Source of the DNA: Phoronis australis
Taxonomy: Eukaryota > Animalia > Phoronida
Assembly: GCA_002633005.1 (NCBI GenBank)
Contig: NMRA01000355.1
Location: forward strand, 394,310-458,309
DNA length: 64,000 nucleotides
Direction of reading: 5' to 3'
Shown in pieces: positions 1 to 12,800 of the stretch. A program made the translations under genes and the position numbers. Every line of letters begins with the position of its first letter. Positions within the stretch are counted from its first letter, which is position 1. The notes beneath the pieces were generated by a model. The model saw nothing but the letters and a program-made list of their open reading frames with translations, had not been told where the DNA came from and made no database searches.

Positions 1-672
1 GTGTGGGCGCTGGGATATTATTGTACAGTCGCTTGTAGTGGTTGTAGACGGCAACAGATAACACTTTCTTGGCATACTGTTGACCAATCACATACCTGTT
101 GAGGTACTCATAAATCTGAAAAGGTAAACAACGATATCGATCAAACTGATCATGACAGTTCTATCTAAGTAAAAAACCTTATCCAGTGAACATCGCAACA
201 GTCTAATTCAACAATGGTGATCTGCTACATACCATGGTTAGAGCACACATCAAGTCTTCACAATGATACCGGAGGGGAAGTGGAGTTCACCACCAGTGTA
301 GTTAGAGAGAAACGTGGCGATGACGGGAAGGCGGCATTTTCTTTGAACACTTTTCGCGTACACTGAACCCGTCAACATTCTCACCACTCTTGTGCCCTGT
401 TTTGCTCATGCTACGAGTCAGAGGGCATTGGAGTGTGGGGGATCGTTGAAACAGTTGATCCGCAGTTTTCAAATCAAGACTTTAACAAGGACACAGCACA
501 ACACAAACACACATAAATGCAGCTGACGATACTTCCGACAACCAATCAGAGATAACTAACAGCGATTGCATAGAACTCGACACCTATTGTTAGAAAGATG
601 TTGCCTATGGTGCAGAAATACACCAAAGCAGAACAGCTCATTAAAAGCACATGCGCCTAGTAACCAGGGCAG
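1..672. repeat. Near-identical copy of 2058-2726 (CLPX exon plus intron) ending at a single-N join; probable haplotype-overlap artefact
   Basis: Direct match with scattered SNPs and indels in the intronic part; the copy stops exactly at the N at 673. Confidence 0.8.
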
Positions 673-3600
673 NACTTACGAATAGTCCATAGCATGAGGG
701 ACACCAAAACGGTTGCTCAAATTCATTTTTTAACCAATTTTAGAAATGAAACATACGATTTTGACTTTGATCGTTTTTCTCAATGTCCAGACGTTGAACA
801 CTTTGCATAGCATGACTGAGCTTCGATATTGTTCACTCCTCATTTACAAGTTCAAGGGCACACTTATGATGCAAAAATGCAACAAAAATAGTTTCAAACA
901 CCACAGCATTGAATGTAAGATTTCGGAAAAGCAGGAAAACATGTGCCTCTATAAGACGTCTATGTGTACTTTATCAAAAACATTTATCAGTTCTCGGTTT
1001 TAGTAAACCTAACACCTGGATCACATAGACATTGGAGTGGGATACAACAGAAACAAACTTGTAAGTGACACTTACCCAGAGGCGGTGGTTTATGACGTTT
1101 GCCTGCAACATTTGAACGAGAACCGAAAACGCTGCCTTGAAAAGGCAGAAAGTCTTTAAATTTCACGTATACGTAAATCATATGAAGCTTTTATAATTCA
1201 CGGGGAACAGGCATTATGAACACTAGCAGATGTACGACAGGGAAACACAACTGGCTTGGCGTTAACAGGATGCCCCAGTTACCAAGGATCAAATTCCTTA
1301 AATCACTCTCTAAGTAGTAATGGTACTCCCAAAAAACTGCACATTTGTAAAATCTTTGATGATGACATAATCATTTTATGTGCACAAGTCAGACATGTTA
1401 CCATGACTGCATTTTCCTAAACAATCTTGATTATTCAGAAATTTTGTTTACATGAACTGGCAAATTCTGTTTTTTAATTGTCCTAGCAACAAAATTGTGT
1501 CTGGGATTTCAGCTCAAGACCTTTTAGCCTGAGAACTAGGCTGTCAAAAATGAAGATGTCAGCATTCCTAGAAAATATGATGGCCTTGATATTTGACAGT
1601 CAAGCTCTCAGACTTAAGACCTTAAGAGAACATCTTAGACAAAATATTGTATCTAATAAAATATAAAAACAGAACTCCAAGCAAAAAGTTGTCTTTGTGG
1701 AAACTTCAGTAATCTCGATGAAATTTTAAGTTTTTAAAAGAAGCGAAATCACACGAGTACGAACATCTGGGCATTGCGTTCATGCACACAATAATATTCT
1801 GTGATCATTAAGGATTTTGAAAATATATACGTTCACAGGTCTTTGAGCACACTGACACACACAGCATCTAACATTATTATGACCATCAGAGATACGTTCA
1901 CAGGTCTTTGAGCACACTGACACACACAGCATCTAACATCCATATGACCATCAGAGACATATCCACTCACCTCGCGTACCTAGAGGCTGGTGGACCATGG
2001 GTCGCTGGTGGTCCAGGGACACATCGCTACCTGGTGGTGCCTTGGGCCCATTCTGCTGTGTGGGCGCTGGGATATTATTGTACAGTCGCTTGTAGTGGTT
2101 GTAGACGGCAACAGATAACACTTTCTTGGCATACTGTTGACCAATCACATACCTGTTGAGGTACTCATAAATCTGAAAAGGTAAACAATGATATCGATCA
2201 AACTGATCATGACAGTTCTATCTAAGTAAAAAACCTTATCCAATGAACATCACAACGGTCTAATTCAACAATGGTGATCTGCTACATACCATGGTTAGCG
2301 CACACATCAAGTTTTCACAATGATGCCGGAGGGGAAGTGGAATTCACCACTAGCTAGAGCGACACGTGGCGATGACGGGAAGACGGCATTTTCTTTGAAC
2401 ACTTTTCGCGTACACTGAACCCGTCAACACTTTCTCACCACTCTTGTGCCCTGTTTTACTCATGCTACGAGTCAGAGGGCATTGGAGTGTGGGGGATCAT
2501 TGAAACGGTTGATCCGCAGTTTTCAAATCAAGACTTTAACAAGGACACAGCACAACACAAACACACATAAATGCAGCTGACGATACTTCCGACAACCAAT
2601 CAGAGATAACTAACAGCGATTGCATAGAACTCGACACCTATTGTTAGAAAGATGTTGCCTATGGTGCAGAAATACACCAAAGCAGAACAGCTCATTAAAA
2701 GCACATGCGCCTAGTAACCAGGGCAGTAAACTAAACTCGGTATATATATTACAATGCATGTCACCAGTGATGTGAAAATATTGAAATTCAAACTCTAGAC
2801 AACCGGAACAGCAGGAAATAAAATACTCCAAACAATAAAATACTAACATCATTTCTAATTTATTTGGTTTATTTAAACCAACCTCAAGCTTATTCCCATG
2901 GTCAGAGAAGTGACCGACCGAAAAGTCATGCCAATATAAATACACTAGAGGTTGGTGTAGGCTGACTAACAGACCACATCACTACTTAGAAGTAGTTACA
3001 CCTCACAGTGATACGCACAAAAAATTCTCGGATACCATACAACCAAAGCATGCACTGACCTTTTTGGGAGGGGGTGGGGGTTTGGGCTTCACCCCTCTGT
3101 CTAAGTCCTTCTGACTCTCCTTGATACTCTTCTTGGAGTCGGCCTCCGAGAGGACGACGAAGAAATGGTGGCATTTCTCACACTTGACAAATCTCGTAGA
3201 CGCTGCAACAGTCATGTATAAAAGTATGGTAACTTCAACAAAAGCAAAATGTGTCGATCCCTGCAGCTGTACAAGTCTCCAACTGGTGACGACAATTGCT
3301 GATGAACAGCACATGTAAAAAGAATTGCACAAAATTGCCTGTGACGAAAACCGATTGTGAGCACAATTCACAGTCAGCATGGCTGAAAAGAGAAGTCATG
3401 ATAGTTGATGACCAAGAATGAAACCTGAACATTTGTCTCATTCCTTTAATTAGCATGTCCAACATTAAAATGAATACTTATTGCTTGATAATGGAGTATA
3501 TGACGTAATCTTGTACCTGAATATAACGAATCAAGTGTTTTATGAGCTTAAGTTACAACTTTGTAAAATAGAGGTTTTAAAAAGTGCCAATGGGAGTAAA

Positions 3601-6600
3601 AAGGGGAAGGAGAGGTAAAAGGGGAAGAAGAAAAGGTGTTGAAGGGAGGAAAAGGGGGGAGGGGAGGAAAGAAGGGAAATGTGAGAAAAGGGGGGAGGAG
3701 AGAAAAAGGGAGAGAGTGGAAGGAAAATGAGGGAAGAAAATGGGGGAAGAGAAAAAAGGGGAGGAGAGGATTAAGAGGGAGGAGAGAACAAAGGTGGGAG
3801 GGGAAAAAGGGGGAGGAAAGGGAAAAGGGCGGAGAAGGAAAAGGGTAGAGGAGAGGAAAAGCGGGATTTGAAAAAGGGTGGAAGGAGAGTTTCTTTGCAA
3901 CCCAGTACTTTTGAAGATGGCAAGACGCTGGAACTAGTCTGTGATTTGAAAACCGGGATTCAGGGTCACCAGATTAACGCCTGCCAAATGGGGGGATTCT
4001 GTATGACATCACAGGACAGGGAAATNACCAAGTCATGATAATTGATGACCAAGTCATGATAGTTGATGACCAAGTCATGATAGTTGATGACCAAGTCATG
4101 ATAGTTGATGACCAAGAATGAAAACTGAACATTTGTCTCATTCTTTTAATTAGCATGTCCAACAATAAAATGAATGCTTATTGCTTGATAATGGAGTACA
4201 TGACGTAATCTTCTACCTGGATATAACGAATCAAGTGTTTTATGAGCGTAAGTAACAACTTTGTAAAATAGAGGTTTTGAAAAGTGTCAATGGGAGTAAA
4301 AAGGGGAGGGAGAGGTAAAAGGGGGAGAAGAAAAGGTGTTGAAGGGAAGAAAAAGGGGGGAGGGGAGGAATGAAGAGAAATGTGAGAAAAGGGGGAGAGA
4401 AAAAAGCCAAAGGGAAAGAGAGGAAAAAGGGAGAGAGTGGAAGGAAAACGAGGGAAGAAAATGTGGGAAGAGAAAAAAGGGGAGGAGAGGATTAAGAAGG
4501 AGGAGAGAACAAAGGTGGGAGAGGAAAAAGGAGGAGGAAAGGTAAAAGGGTAGAGGAGAGGAAAAACGGATTTAAAAAAGGGTGGAAGGAGAGTTTCTTT
4601 GCAACCAAGTACTTTTGAAGATGGCAAGACCCTGGAACTAGTCTGTGATTTGAAAACTGGGATTCAGGGTCACCAGATTAACGCCTGCCAAATGCGGCGA
4701 TTCTGTATGACATCACAGGACAGGGAAATATTCCCAAAAAACATGGCTGCCGGCAATTAACCATCGTCACCGTGACATTTATGACAAAACTAGACAGTTA
4801 TAATATTCTGTGATCTCAATTTGTGTCTTAATATTTGTGGAATTAAAACAATGAATTCTAGTTTTTGATGTTTATTAATGAGAAATGTTAAAATTCATTA
4901 TTAAGTCATCGTTCTCGCTATGGCAGTGCATTAACTCTTTCACTGCCACTCGCGCCTCTTGGCAAGTTTCCCGGTCACCAGCCAAATGTATGGGAGCTTT
5001 AACAAGAACATCCAATTTCCCTAGCTGTTCACGGACTATTTTGTGACAGGCTTGCAGATTTTTACATGCAATCTGAAATTGGACTGTTCTTGGGATTCTG
5101 TGAATAAAGCGGGCGAAGATAGCAACTTCCTCTTAAAAGATTATCAGAAATGAAAATGATATTATTTTGACATCTGGGTGAAGTTCAACATTTACCTCCT
5201 CTGTAGCTCTTCATCCAGCCTCACAAAGATTCCAATACAGGCGTTTTCAAAAATGAAATTTCTTTTAAGTTATCACTAAAAATTTTGACTAAGTCAAACC
5301 AATTACAACAAAATCAGTCAAACTGCATTTGAAAACGACTGGATTCTATTATATGATACAACAGATGGCCCCGCCAGTCCTTTACACAACCAGAGCAACT
5401 TGATGAAGTAGCTAGACCACACTTGAAAGGCCCTTTTACATGATCTTTTCCAAAATGTCATCAAGGTGACATGTTCAATCAGAAAGCGTTTCGCGTGACT
5501 ACAACCAGGACTAAATTGAGATGATTAAAGGAGAATGCCACCCGATTTAACTAGCCTTTTTTACTGTCTTAATCGGTCAATATCCACATTGCCTCTTATA
5601 CGGTTGACCTCACCTTGCCGAGAGTTCCCGCTTGTCCGAACTATGAAGCTGCAAAGAAAGCGGGTTTATCGTTTTTTTCGACTTCCTCGAGAGTCCGAAA
5701 CGCTTAGGAAGTGGCTCGCGGTAGTGAAGAATGAAAGGTAAGCTGTTAATAGCAAGTATGAGGCCGTGAAACATCTTCGTGTCTGTGCCGGGCCAGCATT
5801 TCGTCCACAGTGATTTCTCTGGCCAATTCCGGGTTACCAAAGAACTATCCATACGTTCCATTGCCTGTGCATCTTCACGGCACTTCTCTAGTTGATCAGT
5901 GAATTCCGGTTCGATTGAACTGATAGCCTATGAAACCTAATGATCCGACCTGTGAAGTCTTCGTCGGATGAGCTCTTGACTAAGTCGAGAGTGGCCCCGG
6001 GCGAGTTGCCATGTAGACGTTTATTATTCTGCGTTCTGTTTCAAAATAAATTATTCTCATCCTAACCAATGCTTATGTGAAACTGAAACAAACTCTGTCT
6101 CATTAGATACAATTTGTAATGCCTTGGAGTGCTCGTGAGTGTAGTTTTGAGAAGCCAGCAATGAATAAACCACTGCGTTACCGGCTTTTGATGCCAGCAA
6201 CAAAGGTAAGGCACCAAGACCGTGTGAGCGCATGCTAATTCAGTGTTTGCTGACAGAAAGCTGTTGTGAAACAATTATTCGATTTTATATGCTATGGTCA
6301 CATGTTAGGGCAATCTTTATTTAGAAATACAAATACATTACTCAAATCATTGTTACTGTACAACCTTTGCCCTGATGGTCTGTGGAAGGGAAACCCGACT
6401 TCGCGGCACCCGACAAGTAAGTAGGTTTTTAGTTTCGTTTCTAATTAACATAAATAATTACGTGCGCATTATTTCTTTGGCTCACTATCATAGTCTTTTC
6501 CTGACTGGAGGTTTAGTTTCCAACTCAAGCTGGTTTATGTTTGTACCAGTCCCGGCGGCCGCAACGGGCCTGAGCGTCGGGGTTCCGAGCCACTGACCGG

Positions 6601-7590
6601 GAAAACGAGTCAGTCCGGTCGCAACAGGCCTGATCGGGTTTCAGACTCAAAAAATCACAAGTATAAACAACATAGATCTAGGTTCTTCCGTCTGTACTTC
6701 ACGGAAAAATAACTTCGAATTTATCTCCGAATAGACCCCTAACTCCTGCTACGCACCTTGGTAAATTGGCCTGCCCGACGAACTTTGTAGGCTGCGGTGT
6801 GTCCAAATACCAGTAAATCCGTAACAGCGAAATAAAACAACACGTTTTTATAAGAATTTGGTGTATTTTTAAGGGTTTTGCATCGAAGTTTGATGATTTA
6901 TTGGTGTTAAACGATGAATTCAAGCGATAAGCTGACACCACTAACCAGTGTTGTGAACTGCTGAACAGACGGCTTGTGAAACCAATTACGTCACTGGATA
7001 ATTTCAACATCTCCGTCTGCCGTCATGTGTCAGGTAACGCAACCGAACTTGCCGTTATCGAGTAGAACTACTCAATCTAAATTGATACAAAATAGGTTGT
7101 TTTTGGGTGGCATTCTCCTTTAATATGTAAATGAAATCTAGACATTTATGTACCTCTCAAAATTAGTTTGCATCAATGCAGGCAGTTGACAGAAAAACAA
7201 GCTGACCCGCCACACCATGCACATTTTCAAAAACGAGCAACAATCTGACACTGGGGCGTTACCTTAAGCTGTGCCTGGCTAGGTTTATTTAGAAAATGTA
7301 TCAAAACATTTTGATGCGGGTCAGCTTGCACCACAAACAACACAAAGGTGTTCAACGATAACGTCTTCAACAACTACAACTTACACACGAACGTCTCCAC
7401 ATGTGTGCAGGGGTCTCCGCATTTCGGGCACCTAAGCTGCCCCGGACCCCCCTTCTTTCCATTTCCTGAGTCGCCACCGGCGCCATCTACAGATGAGTCC
7501 TGACCTGAGTAGAACCCCGCGCCATTTTTTGAGGGGCCACGTAAGCACAGGACGGTTGACGTTGATAATGCTCTATCATGAATTTCAGCC
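1..7590 (-). CDS. CLPX: Mitochondrial ATP-dependent Clp protease ATP-binding subunit ClpX, 5' part (spliced; continues off the left edge; first exon(s) not identified)
   Basis: GT-AG-bounded exons with consistent phases. 7590-7385: [15 protein letters not shown]...[22 protein letters not shown]. 3202-3060: [28 protein letters not shown]...PKPPPPPKK. 2172-1971: [36 protein letters not shown].... The C4 zinc finger and the [19 protein letters not shown] motif match metazoan CLPX. Bases 1-115 are a second copy of part of the 2172-1971 exon. Confidence 0.95.
1400..1740. mobile_element. Decayed palindromic (foldback) MITE-like element in a CLPX intron
   Basis: Imperfect inverted arms centred near 1570, e.g. 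gcctgagaactaggctgtcaaaaatgaag versus the reverse complement of cttgatatttgacagtcaagctctcagac. Confidence 0.5.
1829..1958. repeat. Two-copy 65-bp tandem duplication next to a CLPX splice donor
   Basis: acgttcacaggtctttgagcacactgacacacacagcatctaacat... starts at 1829 and again at 1894. Confidence 0.85.
3392..4728. repeat. Duplicated ~630-bp block with GA-rich low-complexity tract, split by the N at 4026, plus a 21-bp tandem repeat (accaagtcatgatagttgatg x4, 4027-4115)
   Basis: About 3392-4025 is repeated at about 4093-4728; purine-rich tracts lie at 3590-3890 and 4290-4590. Likely an allelic overlap at a contig join. Confidence 0.75.
5529..7119. mobile_element. Kolobok-superfamily DNA transposon, decayed/internally deleted
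   Basis: Perfect 15-bp TIR AGGAGAATGCCACCC ... GGGTGGCATTCTCCT flanked by TTAA on both sides (5525-5528, 7120-7123). Plus-strand THAP-like remnant ([21 protein letters not shown]...LRVCA, ~5640-5800). TTAA TSD, RR..YY termini and THAP are established Kolobok hallmarks. Confidence 0.8.
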
Positions 7591-9699
7591 CTGTAGATGG
7601 CGTCTATATCATAGTAAATGTTGTTTTGTCGCCGAACACCAGCAGAACCTAAATAAGTAGCATTGAGAATGTGTATGTAATCGAGGTCAGGGACAACAGA
7701 TTCAAATGCGACTCAAACTGCGTATTCTGTTTTGCGCGTCCTAAGGTAAGTTGCATGAGATTGTTTCTATCACTTAACTGTTATCGAGCTTAACTTTTAA
7801 GTATGACATTTCCTAAAAATATGTCTGACAACAGAGGGAAATAAGGCTTCAAAGTAGGGGCGTTGTGCAAAAAGACCCCTTGTATTTATTCTCAGTGCTG
7901 TTGGAAATTCAACGTACAAAAAATTGTGGGCTTTCAAAACTATTAAGTATGTAAGAAGCTTTTGGAAAATGTAGAAACAGCAATTTCGTGAAATTTTTCT
8001 GTCTGAATTTGATGACATTTTACCATCATCCTTTAATCAATTTAAAATGAGCTTTTAATTCAGTAATAGTCAGATATATATAGTATGTCAGCATTACGGG
8101 AACCAGTTTTCTCTAATGAATAACATGCACCAAACTGGTTCCCAAAACATGGACATGTTACATCCGACAATGACAAATTATATGAACAAAGGTAAAATTA
8201 ATTATATATAATTTAGCTGATTGTACCTTTTACTGCCGATCTGGACAGGACTTTCCTGGTAGGTCTAAAAACATTTCGCACCACACTAGTCATAGCGCCA
8301 CCTACAGGCAGTTAATGCCGGCATCAACAGCAGCCTAAAATTCACAAACAAAAAACTTAACTTACTCGTTAAAATTAAGAAGATTTCCACAACTCTATAG
8401 CGAAATGGCATTATATAGTAAATCCATGTTACCTTGGAAACTATTTTGACTATTTGCAAAGATAATTTTGATACAAAATGTATGAAAATGGTTTCCTAGA
8501 ACACACCCTACAAAAAAGCTTGATAATGGGACTTTTGTTAGAGTTGGAAGGAATTGTTGTGACACGTAACTTCTGGTTGAGACGTACTGCAAGGTAAAGC
8601 CTCTCTAAGTCACTTGGAAAGTGGCAATTGCCTATTGGCTCAACTGTTTACACGCTCAACAATCACATGTGCAATCTGGTTTCAAGTCCCGGAGTCACCG
8701 AAATTTTCTACACTGGCAGGAGAAATCCATGAAAAACTCTTGGAGGTAAATATTTGTTCTGAGTGGTGGCTGGAGAGGGTGCTGTTAAAAAGCTGAATAG
8801 TGGCCAACACTAATCAGGGCCTCAGCAACAAGCTTGCAAGTCTCCTTGTAATTTACGGGGAGAAAGGTCATCATTTGCACACGATTTTGATCTTCTCAGG
8901 GCACTACGTTATGGTGCGAAATCTTCTGTGCTCTGCCCTAATTCATGTTATTGCCATTGACAAGTGGGACAGAGTCGGAGACAACATGAGGTATTTAGCT
9001 AGTCAGCTAACTGTATGAAGACTATTGTCAAAAAAGGGCTTGAGTTGAAGCAAGGTACCACTGTGTGTTCAGCTCCAACAGACCTCAAAATTGCACACAA
9101 CCAGGGTAGTTCTGCGTGTCACCTCGCCGTGAAACTTGAAACAATAACATGTAGAACTAAAGACCGGCGGTGGAGGGGAGAGGGTGCATGCAAAATCTGG
9201 GAGTCAACCGACACTCGCCTTGACTGTTAGACAATGACCATTGCCAGGCATCATCTCTACTGGTGGTGCCAGTAGAGAGGATGGTCACTGCCTACTTGCC
9301 TGTTAGTGTTGCATCAGTTCATGTGAAAAACAATATGTCATTTTCTTGAGAAATTCTTCATGTAGTTTTTTGTGACACTAATTTTTGTCGGGTTGTATTA
9401 GGCCAGTTTCTTACCTACATCGGCGCAAAGCTGTGTATTTATAGAGCTTGAGCTTTGCACCAAGTATGAGGTATTGTATTGAGAGATGAGTTGTGTAACT
9501 CCTTCGCCAACACATGAACTGACTAAAAACTTAAAAACACTTTCACTAAAAAGAGACCAATGAAGTCTAAAAAAATGACGCCTTACGATTTCAATTTTTC
9601 ACTGTCGTTTCTCTTTCCCCTTTCCGCAGCTTTGTCTCCTAACAACAGAATTTTTGGATAACAGGACAAACTTACAAACATTTGTTTGACGAATTCTAA

Positions 9700-9814
9700 C
9701 CATTTCCTACGCGATTGCGCATGTATAGGATGTTGATTGACGTCACAATCCAACATGTCAGCCTCCATCTGACCAAAGTCACTTGTGTTTCATGTTTTCC
9801 GCTTTGAAAATCTG
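9700..9814. promoter_or_regulatory. Probable bidirectional promoter region between CLPX and POLR3G
   Basis: Divergent gene orientation. Full CRE palindrome TGACGTCA at 9738-9745 and NRF1-like TGCGCATG at 9716-9723, just upstream of the POLR3G ATG. Confidence 0.45.
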
Positions 9815-12800
9815 ATGGCTGGCCGCGGCCGTGGGAGAGGGAAAGGTTATTCCTTTCCAGTAGAATCACTGGGATTTGGACGAGGCGAAGCTTTACCAAC
9901 ACCAACTTTACAGCCACCGTCAAATTATCCGGTGAGTCGAGATAGACAGTGGTCTCACAACCAGGCACTGACAGTCGGTGACCATCCCCTACTAGCCCTA
10001 GGCCTAGCGCTATGCCCTCCCTACATTGCGAATGATTAAATCATCAAAAACCATGTTGTAACTTTTTGCGCACTGAGGGACACCTAAAGAGGACGTTGAT
10101 GTCTTTAACTGAAGTTTAACTCTTCGCAGTTCTAACAAAAACTTTCCGCACTGACGCGATCAAACTTTTTTCCAACAGTCCATCTTCAGTTGCCCAAATT
10201 GACAACTCGTCATTTTTACACTGCTTGTGCTAGAAGATATATCCTCTTATCCCCTGGTGTGAGCGATGCAAAACTGGTCACTTCAGCGGTATGAGCAACT
10301 GAACGGTGTCGGAGGACTGTTCGAAAAAAGTTTTGAGTTAATTGGGTTGAATTAAACACATCAGTAGCGTCAGTTTAATGGTTCCCCGGATGCTTCTTTT
10401 ATTTAAACTGCTGGCGGTAACCCTGCTGGCAGTCTTTCAGCAAGCAATCAGGATGTCAGAGATGGGCACCTGGATTGGGTTTTACTGAAGCTTGAATAAT
10501 GAATAGCTGTGTTTTAACTGGTGAGTACTTCTAGAGGCCTAGCTAGTGAACCTGCAGCAATACAACACTATAAAAGGTCTGTGGGATAGCCAGGCAATGT
10601 CTCTACTGGGGCCAGTTAAGACATTGGTACGGTCTACACTCAAGATGACTTACTTACTGACTTAAAACCCTTGCCACCCTGTGGTGGACAGGGTCTCTGT
10701 GACGGAATGCCATCCAATCCTGTTGTTCGCCATCTGCCTTATTTGCTGCATAGAGTACATGTGCTTGACGAGCTTTCTTGATGCGTGCTATTAATGGCCT
10801 TTTCAGTTCTCCCACTAGAGCTAACAACACTCCCCAGACAAGTAAATTCTGAGACGTTTTCAATCTCTTCACCATCCAGGCTAACAAATTTAATTTACTT
10901 GTCTGTTATGTATGGGCAACGTCTTAGTCTTCTCGGTGTTGATGGACAGACTTACTCGTTTAGCAGTCTCTGACATTGCGGCTGTCCTTCTACAGAAGTC
11001 TTGGAAGTGGTTAGGCAATGACCATCGCCTCTGTTGGCCCGAACCAGAGGCGATGCAGAGGCTATAGGCGGTCTGTACGCCGGAAGCTTTTCGGCGAATT
11101 ATACTCCAGTTTCATCTACACCTCTAAACACAACTGGGGCACTGTGCAAAGGGATTATCTCTCAATGCACTTGCACAATGGCGTATATACGGGTGATCCA
11201 CTGGCATTCAACATGGTTTGGACGTTTGCTATCGTTTATACGAGCATGTGCAGACAGTCTTTGTGTAAATGACGCATGCTGATCCAGTTGCGATCTAATG
11301 TTGTGTAAATGGAACTTCAGTGGAGCAAGTGGCACCATGACATCTCGCACGGTGACAACTATTATTCGTGCAAAAACAGCTTAAGTGACACAGAATATGT
11401 TGAATCCTTCCAAAAACTAGAATGGCTTTGTCATCTTATGTAGTTACTTAATATTTGGAAAACTTCATGAAAGTCCATCATGTACCAAGTCACAGATGCA
11501 AACGTAAAAAAATGAAATTGTCACTACAGAATACAATGGTTCAAAAGTAGTCGTCATACTAGTATGTTGTCAGCCTCATAAGAACACCTCTGCTAAATTG
11601 CATCTTGCGAGTGGTTTAGGAGATACATCAGTCTAGACCCAGCACGTAACCTGTCTGTAAATAGTTATTTACAGACTCGCTGGAGCATAGGAGCTTATCT
11701 CGATATGTTAAAACATACCAGGTATGCACCATAAGAAAGGGGTTAGTAGTGCATTTGTCATTACAGTCTTGTGCTGGATAGAAAGCAATGTAAGCACCTA
11801 TATTACGTATCAGGTGCAATGAGAGATATGTTCTAAAAACGTCGAGACAAAAAAGCGTAGTTGATTCTGTTCTCTATCACGACTCATTTTGACATCTGCA
11901 CTCTTTGATTAAACAAATGACCGTCCGCATCAATTTTAGCTAAGGTCAGGTCTCGGGGGTTTTTTTTTGAAAAGCTATAATACAAAGGCACATAAACAAG
12001 GTTTGAAATGCCTTGATTTGCCAAGCGATGAGTAAAGGAACTGTCATTTTTATGTGCCCACATGTTTATATGTGGACGCATTGTGCCGTCATCTGCGTCC
12101 ATCCGTCCGTCCGGGCAGCGTCCGTCCGGCGTCCAGCATCCGCTGCTCTATCTCCAAAACCGATTGATGTATGTTCATGAAATATTGCACATGTGTTCCT
12201 TTCATGGATAGGATGGTGTGAGCGAACTTTCGGACGGATCCGATTACCGGTGTGCCCCCTAGTGGCAATTTTAGTTTTTTACGTTTACCTCTGTATCTTC
12301 AAAGGCCCTTAACGTATTGTCATAAAATTTGGTTTATAGGCATCTATTAGTAAGACGACAATATCCTGCCATTTACAGATAGATTCGATGTAGTTTGCAC
12401 CACCTAGTGGCCATTTTTACTGTTTCGAGTCTGTATTTTGACGTCCACCAACGTTAACCAAACCGCTTTAAGCATGATTGTGAAAATTGGGATGTATGTT
12501 CTTACTATGAAGAGGATTGATTTTACGACGACTTCAATTACTGTGGTGCCTCCTAGTGGCAGTTTTGTTTATTTTACGCCTATGGCTATATCTCCTAAAC
12601 TGTTTGCAGCATCTTTACTAAATTTAATAAGTGCAATTATATGATGTTGACAATGGACTACAACGAATTTCGGACAGAACTGACTACTGGTGTGCCACTT
12701 AGTGGCAATTTTATTTTTTTACATTTACATCTTTATCTTCAAAGGTCCTCAACGTAATTTCAAAAAATTTGGTGTACAGGCTTCTGTTGGTGTGGTGACG

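Noticed and set aside
1-2726. Duplicated CLPX exon as mutually exclusive splicing
   Set aside because: The visible exon parts are identical and the duplicate ends exactly at a single-N join, as do other overlaps at 4026 and 59552; best explained as uncollapsed haplotypes.
3577-4627. Lys/Gly/Arg/Glu-rich and Phe/Pro/Ser-rich ORFs
   Set aside because: Translations of a GA-rich low-complexity tract inside a CLPX intron.
4931-4950. piggyBac-like terminus ttaactctttcactgcc
   Set aside because: No partner terminus or transposase found in the window.
6545-6650. GC-rich segment as a hammerhead or HDV-like ribozyme
   Set aside because: The conserved CUGAnGA...GAAA core with correct stems could not be built; it reads as a short direct repeat inside the Kolobok element.
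9123-9223. Possible additional CLPX transit-peptide exon (SRRVSVDSQILHAPSPLHRRS...)
   Set aside because: Phase-compatible and AG/GT-bounded, but with no conserved motif to confirm it; needs transcript data.
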